Below, piece by piece: positions 26,256 to 35,288 of a DNA stretch of 64,000 nucleotides; positions within the stretch are counted from its first letter, which is position 1, and each line of letters starts with the position of its first letter. The notes beneath the pieces were generated by a model. It saw nothing but the letters and a program-made list of their open reading frames with translations, had not been told where the DNA came from and ran no database searches. The translations under genes and the position numbers were made by a program. Source of the DNA: an uncultured Prevotella sp. (GTDB taxonomy: Bacteria; Bacteroidota; Bacteroidia; Bacteroidales; Bacteroidaceae). The stretch spans positions 3,317-67,316 of the forward strand of contig CALUKU010000013.1 of NCBI GenBank assembly GCA_944321295.1, written 5' to 3'.

Positions 26256-28832
26256 TTACTCGTTGAGCTTCTTTACGTCGTAGCCCATTTTCTCCATCTC
26301 GAGCGAGGCCCAGATGAACGGAGCAACTCCCTTACCGTCGTTGTCGCGGATGGGTTCGCTCATGTAGTAGTCGAACGAGCCGTCGCGGCGGCGTCCCTTA
26401 GCGTCGTCGGGGCCGAGGCCTGACACCTCGCAACAGCGTGTCAGTGAGATTGTTTTGTCGGGATTAACCTTGATGAACTGCTTCAGTATGCCCATGTAGC
26501 CCTTTATGCCGGCCTCTTTCATGTCGTCGGTGAAGTAGCCGAGGCGTGAGCCTTTCAGCAGGACGTAAGTGAACATCGACGAGGCAGTGGCTTCGAGATA
26601 GTTGCGCGGGTCTTTAACGTCGAGCACGTCATACCATACGCCTGTTTTCTCGTCCTGGCATTTTATTGTGGCTTTCATCACGTCGTTGAGCATTTCAATC
26701 ATCTTGCCGCGATTCTCGTAGTCTTGCGGCAGAGCGTCGAGCACCTCGAGCAGTGCCATGGCGAACCATCCCTGGGCGCGTGCCCATGTATGCTTTGACA
26801 GACCTGTTACGGGGTCGGCCCAGAACATCTTGTTCGTTTCGTCCCAGGCATGTTTCCACAGACCGGTGGCCTCGTCGTAAGTGCGTTTGTATGTCTTCGA
26901 TATTTGCTCGAAGGTGTCGTCATAATACTTTGCGGCTTTCTTCTCTCCCTTGAGTATGGGGGCGGCCATTGTGTAGAAGGGGTGACCCATGTACACGCCG
27001 TCAAGCCACACTTGGTGGGCGTAGATTGCCTTGTGCCACCATACCCCGTCCTTGGTGCGCGGCTGCTTCTCGAGCTGCTTGAAGATTGTCTTCAGCGCCT
27101 TGTCTGATTTCTTCTCGGGGAAGAGCTGGTTCATGCGCAGGACGAAGCGTCCCGGACGAGTGTTGTCAAGGTTGAAGTCTTCGTATTTGTAGCCGGTGAT
27201 GTCGCCGTTCTCGGCAATCATCCTTTCCGTATACTGTTTCAGATAGCTGATAATGCTGTCGCCGCCGTAAGCCAGGTATGTGTCGAGCATGGCTTCAAGC
27301 TCTATGCCGCTGGTGTAGCTCCAGCGGGGCTTCTTCGCGAAGTCGAGCATGTAAGGCTGCGGCACGCGCTTCATTTCAGAGTAAGTCAGCCACTCACTGT
27401 AATGCTTGTAAGGAGCCTCGGCCAGCACGAGCGAACCGTTGATGTAAAGGTTGTCGTAGTTTACGCCCTCTGTGCGGCCCGTAGAGTAGACGGGTTTGTC
27501 GTACACTCCGTCGAAGCGGCAGTCTTTCAGGTTGATGTTGCTGACGTTGGTGCGGTCGTCGAAGGCCACAATCATCACGCCGTACTTGCTCTTCTTGCAG
27601 GTTACGTTTTCCATGTAAACGTTGCGCACGATGGGGTAGAAGCCGCGCTTTGCAACTTCCTTGGGCTCGTAGTCGAGATTTATCTTGAGCACGGCCTCGG
27701 CGCACTGGCCTACTTCGACGTTGCGCATGTAGATGTTCTCAATCACGCCGCCGCGTGCCGAGTTAGTCTTTATTCGCAGTATGCGGTCAAGGTTGGGGCT
27801 GTCCATCTTGCAGTTCTCCACGAACACGTTTTGGCATCCGCCTGATATTTCCGAACCGATGACTACGCCGCCGTGGCCGTCTTTCATAACGCAATTGCGC
27901 ACGATGATGTTTTTGCTGGGCAGACCGGTGTAGCGGCCCTTGCCGCCTTCGCGGCCGTCCTCGTTGCGTCCGCTCTTTATGGCGATGCAGTCGTCGCCGG
28001 TATCAAAGACGCAGTTCTCAATCAGCACGTTCTCGCACGACTCGGGGTCGCAGCCGTCGCCGTTAGGACCGTCGTTATGCACGGTGACGTTTCTTACTGT
28101 TACATTCTTGCAGAGCAGCGGGTGCATAACCCAGAACGGCGAGCGCAGCATGGTTACGCCTTCGATGAGCACGCCGTCACACTGGTTGAAGTTCACCATC
28201 TGCGGGCGCAGGCCCTTACCCTTGCCGAATACGCGTTTTTCCAAAGGCACACCCTCTTCTGCCATCTTCAGCAGGTCGGCGCGTCCGCCAGGGTTCTGCT
28301 GCTTCTCGGCTACGGCTACGTTTCTGCTTTTGGGCGTCTTGCCGCTCATCAGCCACCACGTGTCGTCCGACGCATTGCCGTCGATTGTGCCTTCGCCCGT
28401 CAGGGCTATGTCTGTTTCCTTATACGCATAAATCAGCGGTGAGTAGTTCATGCAGTCAAGACCCTCCCAGCGCGTTTCAACGAGCGGGTAGAGGTCCCTG
28501 TCGAAGGCGAATAACAGCGTTGCGCCTTTCTCAACCACGAGGTTGACGTGGCTTTTCAGCCTGATGGCTCCCGTGTTCCATGTTCCGGCCGGCACGATAA
28601 CCCGTCCGCCGCCGGCTTTCGAGCAGGCGGCTATGGCCTTGTTGATGGCCTTCTGGTTTTTTGCGGCTGTTGCCGAAGTCGACGCGCCGTAGTCGGTTAT
28701 GTCGAACGTGCGGTCGGCAAACTGTGGTGTCCTAATACTTTTTTCGATTTGCTTGTACTCCGTGTCCCATGCCGTAGCCCCGGCTGCCAAGGGCAACAAC
28801 AGGCAGAGCAGCAATGTCTGTAAGTGTTTCAT
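26256..28832 (-). CDS. Fusion of GH28 polygalacturonase and GH105 unsaturated glycuronyl hydrolase
   Basis: N-terminal GH28 motifs NGDGCD, GDDCIAIKSG, GHGG, RIKT; C-terminal GH105 motifs NLDN, WLDGVYM, HAWDE, WARAQGW, EATASSM. Confidence 0.88.
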   Translation of the reverse strand: MKHLQTLLLCLLLPLAAGATAWDTEYKQIEKSIRTPQFADRTFDITDYGASTSATAAKNQKAINKAIAACSKAGGGRVIVPAGTWNTGAIRLKSHVNLVVEKGATLLFAFDRDLYPLVETRWEGLDCMNYSPLIYAYKETDIALTGEGTIDGNASDDTWWLMSGKTPKSRNVAVAEKQQNPGGRADLLKMAEEGVPLEKRVFGKGKGLRPQMVNFNQCDGVLIEGVTMLRSPFWVMHPLLCKNVTVRNVTVHNDGPNGDGCDPESCENVLIENCVFDTGDDCIAIKSGRNEDGREGGKGRYTGLPSKNIIVRNCVMKDGHGGVVIGSEISGGCQNVFVENCKMDSPNLDRILRIKTNSARGGVIENIYMRNVEVGQCAEAVLKINLDYEPKEVAKRGFYPIVRNVYMENVTCKKSKYGVMIVAFDDRTNVSNINLKDCRFDGVYDKPVYSTGRTEGVNYDNLYINGSLVLAEAPYKHYSEWLTYSEMKRVPQPYMLDFAKKPRWSYTSGIELEAMLDTYLAYGGDSIISYLKQYTERMIAENGDITGYKYEDFNLDNTRPGRFVLRMNQLFPEKKSDKALKTIFKQLEKQPRTKDGVWWHKAIYAHQVWLDGVYMGHPFYTMAAPILKGEKKAAKYYDDTFEQISKTYKRTYDEATGLWKHAWDETNKMFWADPVTGLSKHTWARAQGWFAMALLEVLDALPQDYENRGKMIEMLNDVMKATIKCQDEKTGVWYDVLDVKDPRNYLEATASSMFTYVLLKGSRLGYFTDDMKEAGIKGYMGILKQFIKVNPDKTISLTRCCEVSGLGPDDAKGRRRDGSFDYYMSEPIRDNDGKGVAPFIWASLEMEKMGYDVKKLNE

Positions 28833-29318
28833 AAGTTAAAGTTTGTAATCTGTTTGTTTTAAGTTAGTATTCAGTAGGTATGTCGTCAAGAGCGCACAAT
28901 AGGTGGTGCGTGCTAATCTTCGGCAAAGATAAGTATTTAATCGTGAAACAAGAAATTTAGACTGCTTTATTTTGTTTTTTTCGCTAAACGGCGGTGCTAT
29001 ATATATTTAAGGTGAAGGTGGCTGTATGGATGATGGAAATAAAAGTTTGCCGTACGAATATTTACGTTCGTCTTGTTGTTTTTTCACCATCCGTTATTCA
29101 CTGATTTTTTTATTTGTAGCCTTTTAGCTTGCAAAAGACAGCAAATTACGCTGTAATAAGTGATAGATTGCACGGTAAAAGACGGCCGTTTGTAACACGT
29201 TGAATATCAATGCCGTCACAACGCCGCCACTGACTGAAATAAAATATCGTTTTATGCGTAATAAAAGTGCGTGTGAGGCGTTACATAAATAAAACCCAAA
29301 CTAAAATCGAAAAAGCCT

Positions 29319-29447
29319 ATGAAGAATTATTTTACACTTGAAGAGAAAAAACCGTCGAGTGCAACGCTTAACATTATCAGGCAAATAGCCTACACTTACA
29401 GAATAATGAAGATGAACGGGCAAAACGAAGCATATTGCCTAAACTGA
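29319..29447 (+). CDS. 42-aa small ORF upstream of rpe
   Basis: MKNYFTLEEKKPSSATLNIIRQIAYTYRIMKMNGQNEAYCLN*; A-rich leader typical of Bacteroidota starts; stop 18 bp before rpe. Confidence 0.6.
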   Translation: MKNYFTLEEKKPSSATLNIIRQIAYTYRIMKMNGQNEAYCLN

Positions 29448-29465
29448 AAAGACATAGATTATATT

Positions 29466-30116
29466 ATGGCAACATTGGTTTCACCCTCGTTGTTGGCGGC
29501 AGATTTTCTCAACCTGCAGAGGGATATTGAAATGATTAACCGCAGTGAGGCCGACTGGCTTCACCTTGATGTGATGGACGGCGTTTTCGTGCCTAACATA
29601 TCGTTCGGCTTTCCTGTGCTCGAGGCTGCGTCGAAGGCCTGCACTAAGCCTCTTGACGTACATTTTATGATAACCAAGCCCGAGCGTTACATTGCTCAGA
29701 CGGCAAAGACCGGCGCCATGATGATGAACGTGCACTATGAGGCGTGCACGCATCTTCACCGCACCATTCACGAGATACACGAGGCTGGGATGAAAGCCGG
29801 CGTAACGCTTAACCCGTCAACACCCGTATGCATGCTTGAAGACATCATCGGCGACGTCGACATGGTGCTCCTCATGAGCGTAAATCCCGGTTTCGGCGGG
29901 CAGGCGTTCATCGAGAATACTATAAATAAGGTGAAAAGGCTGCGCCGTATGATATCAGAGGCCGGCTCGAAAGCCTTGATTGAGGTTGACGGAGGCGTAC
30001 AGGCAGATACGGCCCCGAGGCTCGTTGCCGCAGGCGTGGACGTGCTCGTGAGCGGCAGTTATGTGTTTAAGGCAAAAAATCCCGAAGAGGTAATTCGCAG
30101 TCTAAAGGCGCTCTGA
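29466..30116 (+). CDS. rpe: Ribulose-phosphate 3-epimerase
   Basis: SPSLLAADF, HLDVMDGVFVPN, DVHFM, MSVNPGFGGQ, EVDGGV. Confidence 0.97.
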   Translation: MATLVSPSLLAADFLNLQRDIEMINRSEADWLHLDVMDGVFVPNISFGFPVLEAASKACTKPLDVHFMITKPERYIAQTAKTGAMMMNVHYEACTHLHRTIHEIHEAGMKAGVTLNPSTPVCMLEDIIGDVDMVLLMSVNPGFGGQAFIENTINKVKRLRRMISEAGSKALIEVDGGVQADTAPRLVAAGVDVLVSGSYVFKAKNPEEVIRSLKAL

Positions 30117-30135
30117 CGGGTGAAGGGAATATGAT

Positions 30136-30191
30136 AAACGCCCGACAATCAAGCCTTTACTAATACGTAACGGCGTGGTTGTCGGGCGTTT
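30136..30191. terminator. Bidirectional terminator between rpe and ECF sigma
   Basis: aaacgcccgacaa / ttgtcgggcgttt. Confidence 0.65.
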
Positions 30192-30215
30192 GTTATCGTT
30201 TATGGTAAAATGTGT

Positions 30216-30815
30216 TCAGTTGTCAAGCTGCAGCACGATGTTGTGCTCCCTTGTCATGCGCCGCAGGTTGAGTATGGCATACCTCATCCTGCCGAGCGAC
30301 GTGTTGATGCTTACGCCCGTAAGTTCGGCAATCTCCTTGAACGAAAGGTTCTGGTAGAAACGCATGAAGACGACCTCGCGCTGCGTTGGCGGCAATAGGT
30401 TCATCATCCTTTTCACGTCAGCCATGACCTGGTCGTTCACGTACCGGTTCTCTACGTTCAGGTCGAGCACGTCGTTCATGCTAAGGTTCGACAGGTCGTT
30501 TGTTTCTGTCGGCTCTATAAGGTTGCGTGATTTTTGCTCGCGATACCAGTCCATGATGACGTTGTGGGCAATGCGCATGACCCATGCGCCGAACTTGCCG
30601 CTGTCTACGTAGCGGCGCTGGTGCAGTTTGGTTATCACCTTTACGAATGTTTCCTGGAACAAGTCGTTGGCCTTGTCTTCGTCCCTTACGACAAAATAAA
30701 TATACGAGAACAACTTGTCTTGGTTACGGGCCAGCAGCTCGTCAAAGGCTTTGTTGTTACCGTCAATGTAAGACAAGGCAAGCTCCTCGTCCGTCAACGC
30801 ATTGAAATTTTCCAT
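30216..30815 (-). CDS. ECF-type RNA polymerase sigma factor
   Basis: Region 2 DLFQETFVKV...WVMRIAHN; region 4 LPPTQREVVFMRFYQNLSFKEIAE. Confidence 0.92.
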   Translation of the reverse strand: MENFNALTDEELALSYIDGNNKAFDELLARNQDKLFSYIYFVVRDEDKANDLFQETFVKVITKLHQRRYVDSGKFGAWVMRIAHNVIMDWYREQKSRNLIEPTETNDLSNLSMNDVLDLNVENRYVNDQVMADVKRMMNLLPPTQREVVFMRFYQNLSFKEIAELTGVSINTSLGRMRYAILNLRRMTREHNIVLQLDN

Positions 30816-30953
30816 TATTACTTATCTTTTTTCTTTGAAGTAATGATGTTTCGATAGGCGTGTTAATATGGGTTTGACTTTAATTTATTTTGATACTGCT
30901 TGCAAAAATAAGCATATTTGTCCGTCCGCCAAAAAATATCCGACGTTTTTTGC

Positions 30954-31511
30954 TTATTCTAACGGAAACTGGTATCCGTCAATCTGCTTGATTCCGGGAA
31001 TTTTAAGGTATGTGGCCTGGAAACCGAACACGGCAATGCGCTTGCCGTAATTCTGCGGATTGTCTTTCAGGTTGAGCTCGCTGCGGCGGCTTCCTTTTGG
31101 CAGGCACACTGAGATCACGTCGCTTATGTCGTCGGCGTTCGCGTCGTCGGCCAGCAGGATTGCCGTGTCGAAAGTGAATTCAGGTCCGAACTCATATCGG
31201 TAATCCTGGTTCTTGCCCGTGGCAGCGCCTACGATGTAGCCCTCCACCCACACTTGGGTGTATATCGCGCTGTGCCTGAACGTTGCCACATCTAACACGT
31301 CGCCGGTATGTATTTCGTCGCCGTCGTCATCTTCGTTCTCGTCGTCGTAAGGGTTAATCCATCCTCCGTTTATGTCTGATGCGCCTTGGTTGCCGTTGTC
31401 GTCTTTGATGTTCTCTTTCTTGTCCTCGCCGTCTTCGAGGTTAACTTTTTCGCAAGAGCCTAATCCGAGCGTGGCTGCCAGCATTATCACGGTTAGCATT
31501 AATGTTTTCAT
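30954..31511 (-). CDS. Lipoprotein, probable DUF6359 domain
   Basis: Lipobox LGSC; acidic linker; VWVEGYIVG...ILLAD...ELNLKDNPQNYGKRI..G...YL..PGIK. Confidence 0.6.
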   Translation of the reverse strand: MKTLMLTVIMLAATLGLGSCEKVNLEDGEDKKENIKDDNGNQGASDINGGWINPYDDENEDDDGDEIHTGDVLDVATFRHSAIYTQVWVEGYIVGAATGKNQDYRYEFGPEFTFDTAILLADDANADDISDVISVCLPKGSRRSELNLKDNPQNYGKRIAVFGFQATYLKIPGIKQIDGYQFPLE

Positions 31512-32019
31512 GGCGTAAGTGTTTTTAGGTTATGCAAATATAATAAATTTTCCGTTCGCCGTACCATTTACGGCCGAAAGATTGGCAAGTGTAACGTGTT
31601 TTATGCGTAAAGGCATGTGCGTAGCTGACAAAAAAAGAGGTTGATGCAGGATGCTACCAACCTCTAAGCGATTTCGTTAAAACCTCGAAATCATAAATAA
31701 GATGTGGCAAATATATAGTATAAAAATGTAAAATGCAAATTTTAATCCATAAAAAATTATTATTTAACATATCGTATGGCGTAATTGTTATAAAGAGTAA
31801 ATCTTTCGTAATACTGCGGTCCGTCGCGTATTTGTTGTTTCATTGCGCCGTTATACCGCCTTGTCGGTATTCAGCGTCAGGCGTGTAAAGTGGTTTTCAT
31901 GTTAAAAATACCTATTTATGGTGATTGCATGTTTCGATGTTTTTTTGTTATTTTGCAAATGGGTTTACAGACATTATGATTATTATAAAAACCGTATTGC
32001 AATAGTAACGGAGGCGATA

Positions 32020-32976
32020 ATGAAGAATAACAAGATGTATGAGGCCGACGATAAGATGATATCGCTTATTGCCGACAATTATAACATATTGCAAAGTTTG
32101 GGCCGTTTCGGCATAAACCTTGGTTTCGGCGACAAGACCGTGAGCGAGGTTTGCGAAGATCAGGGCGTTGACACATATACCTTTCTTGCCGTTGTCAACT
32201 TCTCGATTAACGGTTATCGCGACTTCGACGACGGAGGGCGTTTCTCCATACCCACGTTGCTTCATTACCTGAAAGCGTCGCACGAGTATTACATTAACTT
32301 CCAGCTTCCCACCATACGCAAGGAGCTTGAAGCCGCGCTCGACGAGAACGACAACCTGGCGCGCCTGATAATCAAGCTTTACGACGACTATGCCCACGAG
32401 ATACGCAAGCACATGCAGTATGAGGAGAAGACGGTGTTCCCTTACGTCGACAACCTGCTTGCCGGCAAGACCAGTAACGACTACGACATCGAAACCTTCT
32501 CGAAACACCACGGACAGATAGACCTTAAGCTAAAGGAGCTGAAGAACATCATCATCAAATACCTTCCGAGCGACATGAGGCGCAACAACCAGCTGACGGC
32601 TACGCTCTACAACCTATATAACAACGAGGAATGGCTTGGGAACCATTCGCAGGTTGAGGAGTGCATTTTCATCCCGGCCATAAGGAAGCTTGAGCGTAAA
32701 TACAAGCAGAACGACGTGAGCGTGAAGATATCTAAGATGATAAGCCGCAACCAGGACGGTAGCGAATCGCTCAGCGACAGGGAGAAGGACGTCATAGTAA
32801 GCCTTGTGCAGGGAATGACCAACAAGGAGATTGCCGACCATCTGTGCATATCCATCAACACCGTGATAACCCACCGCCGCAACATCGCCCGCAAGCTGCA
32901 GATACACAGTCCGGCTGGACTTACGATTTACGCCATCGTCAACAACCTTATTGACATCTCGGCCGTAAAACTATGA
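32020..32976 (+). CDS. Hemerythrin/RIC-like domain fused to LuxR HTH regulator
   Basis: HEYY, HMQYEE, HGQID, HSQVEE motifs; C-terminal LSDREKDVI...GMTNKEIADHLCISINTVITHRRNI. Confidence 0.82.
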   Translation: MKNNKMYEADDKMISLIADNYNILQSLGRFGINLGFGDKTVSEVCEDQGVDTYTFLAVVNFSINGYRDFDDGGRFSIPTLLHYLKASHEYYINFQLPTIRKELEAALDENDNLARLIIKLYDDYAHEIRKHMQYEEKTVFPYVDNLLAGKTSNDYDIETFSKHHGQIDLKLKELKNIIIKYLPSDMRRNNQLTATLYNLYNNEEWLGNHSQVEECIFIPAIRKLERKYKQNDVSVKISKMISRNQDGSESLSDREKDVIVSLVQGMTNKEIADHLCISINTVITHRRNIARKLQIHSPAGLTIYAIVNNLIDISAVKL

Positions 32977-33100
32977 TGGACGGCCGTTTGACTTCGTTCT
33001 TTAATGGCGTAAATAGGCATTAAGGACCGAAAAGATTTGTTCGTGTCGGTGAAAAGTTATAATTTTGCACGCAGATACAAATCAAAGAATATATTTAAAG

Positions 33101-33958
33101 ATGACTCACAATTTATTGAAAGGTAAGCGCGGCATTATCTTCGGTGCGCTTAATGAAGATTCGATAGCATGGAAAGTGGCTGTGAAAGCCGTTGAGGAAG
33201 GTGCTTCGATAACGCTCAGCAACACGGCCATGGCCCTGCGCATGGGTACGCTTGACGAACTGAGCAAGCAGCTCAACGCTCCTGTCATTGCCGCCGACGC
33301 CACGAGCGTTGAAGACCTTGAGAAGGTATTCTCGGAGTCTGTACGTCTGCTTGGCGGTAAAATCGACTTCGTGCTTCACTCTATCGGCATGAGTCCCAAC
33401 GTGCGCAAGCACCGCACCTACGACGACCTTGACTACAACTATCTGCAGAAGACTCTCGACATATCTGCCATCTCGTTCCACAAGATGTTGCAGGTGGCCA
33501 AGAAGCAGGACGCCATAGCAGAGTACGGCTCTGTGGTTGCGCTGACATACGTTGCATCGCAGCGCACGTTCTTCGGTTATAACGACATGGCCGACGCCAA
33601 GAGTATGCTTGAGAGCATTGCCCGTAGCTTCGGCTACATCTATGGCCGCGAGAAGAACGTTCGCATCAACACCATCTCACAGTCGCCTACGCCTACCACT
33701 GCCGGTAAGGGCATTAAGGACATGGACAACCTCATGGACTTCGCCAACAAGATGTCGCCCCTCGGCAACGCTACTGCCGACGACTGCGCAGACTATTGCG
33801 TAATGATGTTCTCTGACTTCACGCGCAAGGTAACCATGCAGACGCTTTACCATGACGGCGGCTTCTCGTCGATGGGTATGAGCCTCCGCGCCATGAACCA
33901 GTATTCTAAAGACCTCGCTCCGTATGAGGACGAGAACGGAAAGATAATCTACGGATAA
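33101..33958 (+). CDS. fabI: Enoyl-ACP reductase
   Basis: LLKGKRGIIFGALNEDSIAW, HSIGMS, YNDMADAK, RINTISQSP. Confidence 0.9.
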   Translation: MTHNLLKGKRGIIFGALNEDSIAWKVAVKAVEEGASITLSNTAMALRMGTLDELSKQLNAPVIAADATSVEDLEKVFSESVRLLGGKIDFVLHSIGMSPNVRKHRTYDDLDYNYLQKTLDISAISFHKMLQVAKKQDAIAEYGSVVALTYVASQRTFFGYNDMADAKSMLESIARSFGYIYGREKNVRINTISQSPTPTTAGKGIKDMDNLMDFANKMSPLGNATADDCADYCVMMFSDFTRKVTMQTLYHDGGFSSMGMSLRAMNQYSKDLAPYEDENGKIIYG

Positions 33959-34000
33959 GCCGTTTCTCTTTTTGGAAATAGTTTATTCATGAGATAATAA

Positions 34001-34034
34001 AAACGGGCATTGTCTGTCAAGGCAATGCCCGTTT
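34001..34034 (+). terminator. fabI terminator
   Basis: aaacgggcattg / caatgcccgttt. Confidence 0.7.
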
Positions 34035-34069
34035 CTCTTATATTGTTTTGCCATTTTTTAATGAATGTC

Positions 34070-34198
34070 AGTTCGGTATAATACTTATCGCTTGCAAATA
34101 TTTCAAACAACAAAGTAGGGACATAATAGATTAATGTGTGTTTCTTATGTCAAACCCACGTATTTTTTTATATCCCTACTTTCTTCTTGTGCCGAACT
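34070..34198. repeat. Degenerate GTAG-type REP doublet with outer ARTTCGGTATAA inverted repeat
   Basis: agttcggtataa...aaagtagggacataat ... tatccctacttt...gtgccgaact. Confidence 0.65.
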
Positions 34199-34230
34199 CA
34201 CGAACTGAATGTATAAACGGAACTCGGATT

Positions 34231-34429
34231 TAATATCACAATGTCACATCCGCACGCATGCCGCTGATTATTAACAATTTATGCCGTGACATTACGCTTG
34301 TTTCACATTCACCATATATCACCATGCAACACGAATTGTGACGGTTGTGAAAGAGGCCTTCTTCATAATGTCACCACGTAACATTGTGGTTTTCAATGCC
34401 TTGTGCCGCTTTGTGACATTGTGATGTTA
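34231..34429. repeat. TGTCAC module, copy 3 (199 bp, reverse orientation)
   Basis: Reverse complement aligns with copies 1 and 2 including upstream tgcaaacc-gaaaatgattttcatt; both spacers 38 bp. Confidence 0.85.
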
Positions 34430-34567
34430 AAACCGTCAATGAAAATCATTTTCGGTTTGCAGCATGTTGCTCTCCGTGTTCCCGTTTACCGCTTCTCACA
34501 ATGTAAACGGGAATATTTCATTAATTCGTGCAATGTTCGGACGAAGTTCATATGTCTTAACAAAGGT

Positions 34568-34633
34568 TGCAAAAGGCGGCAAAACGGCGCTTAGAAGGTA
34601 ACCTTTTGCAAGATGAAAGACGGCCTTTTGCAA
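34568..34633. repeat. 22-bp-period array (3 units)
   Basis: tgcaaaaggcggcaaaacggcg / cttagaaggtaaccttttgcaa / gatgaaagacggccttttgcaa. Confidence 0.65.
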
Positions 34634-34651
34634 GGTAAAAATGATGTCGTC

Positions 34652-35062
34652 TTATCCGATAATCGTGGCTATAATCCTGCGCTCCCCGCCGTGGTTCCTG
34701 TATTCGCAGAGATAAATGCCCTGCCATGTGCCGAGGTTCAGACGTCCGTGCGTTATTGGTATGTTGAGGCTTACGCCCGTCAGCGCCGACTTGGCGTGGG
34801 CAGGCATGTCGTCGTCGCCTTCGAGCGTGTGCGTATAATATGGTTGGTTTTCGGGCGCAAGGCGGTTGAATATGCTCTCCATGTCGGTGCGCACGTCAGG
34901 GTCGGCGTTCTCGTTGATGCACAATCCGCAGCTTGTGTGCTTCACGAAGAGGTTGAGCAGGCCCTTCTCGGGCAACGTCGGCAGTTGGCTTACTATCTCT
35001 TCGGTCACCAGATGGAACCCCCTGCGTCTTGCCATGAGCCTTATTTCCTTTTGTTCAATCAT
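34652..35062 (-). CDS. YjbQ / UPF0047 family protein
   Basis: HTSCGLCINENADPDV, HTLEGDDDMPAHAKS, LNLGTWQGIYLCEYR. Confidence 0.92.
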   Translation of the reverse strand: MIEQKEIRLMARRRGFHLVTEEIVSQLPTLPEKGLLNLFVKHTSCGLCINENADPDVRTDMESIFNRLAPENQPYYTHTLEGDDDMPAHAKSALTGVSLNIPITHGRLNLGTWQGIYLCEYRNHGGERRIIATIIG

Positions 35063-35076
35063 GTTGTTTATAATGG

Positions 35077-35164
35077 TTATCTTATGCAAAGATAATGCAA
35101 ACGAGCGGAAAGAAAGCTTGCTTTCAGTTTTCCGAGTGCGCTTATCTTATGCAAAGATAATGCA
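35077..35164 (-). repeat. Promoter-duplicating hairpin unit (23-bp direct repeat containing the -7 box)
   Basis: ttatcttatgcaaagataatgca at 35077-35099 and 35142-35164 around hairpin cggaaagaaagcttgctttcagttttccg. Confidence 0.8.
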
Positions 35165-35288
35165 TATCTTGGCCTTTTTGTGTGCTATTGTTTATTTTTT
35201 GTGTCGCTTTCTTAATTTTTTAATATTCTTATTGTAACGGTTTTGTAACACATAATGCTTAATTTTGCAAAAAAATTCGAGCACGATT

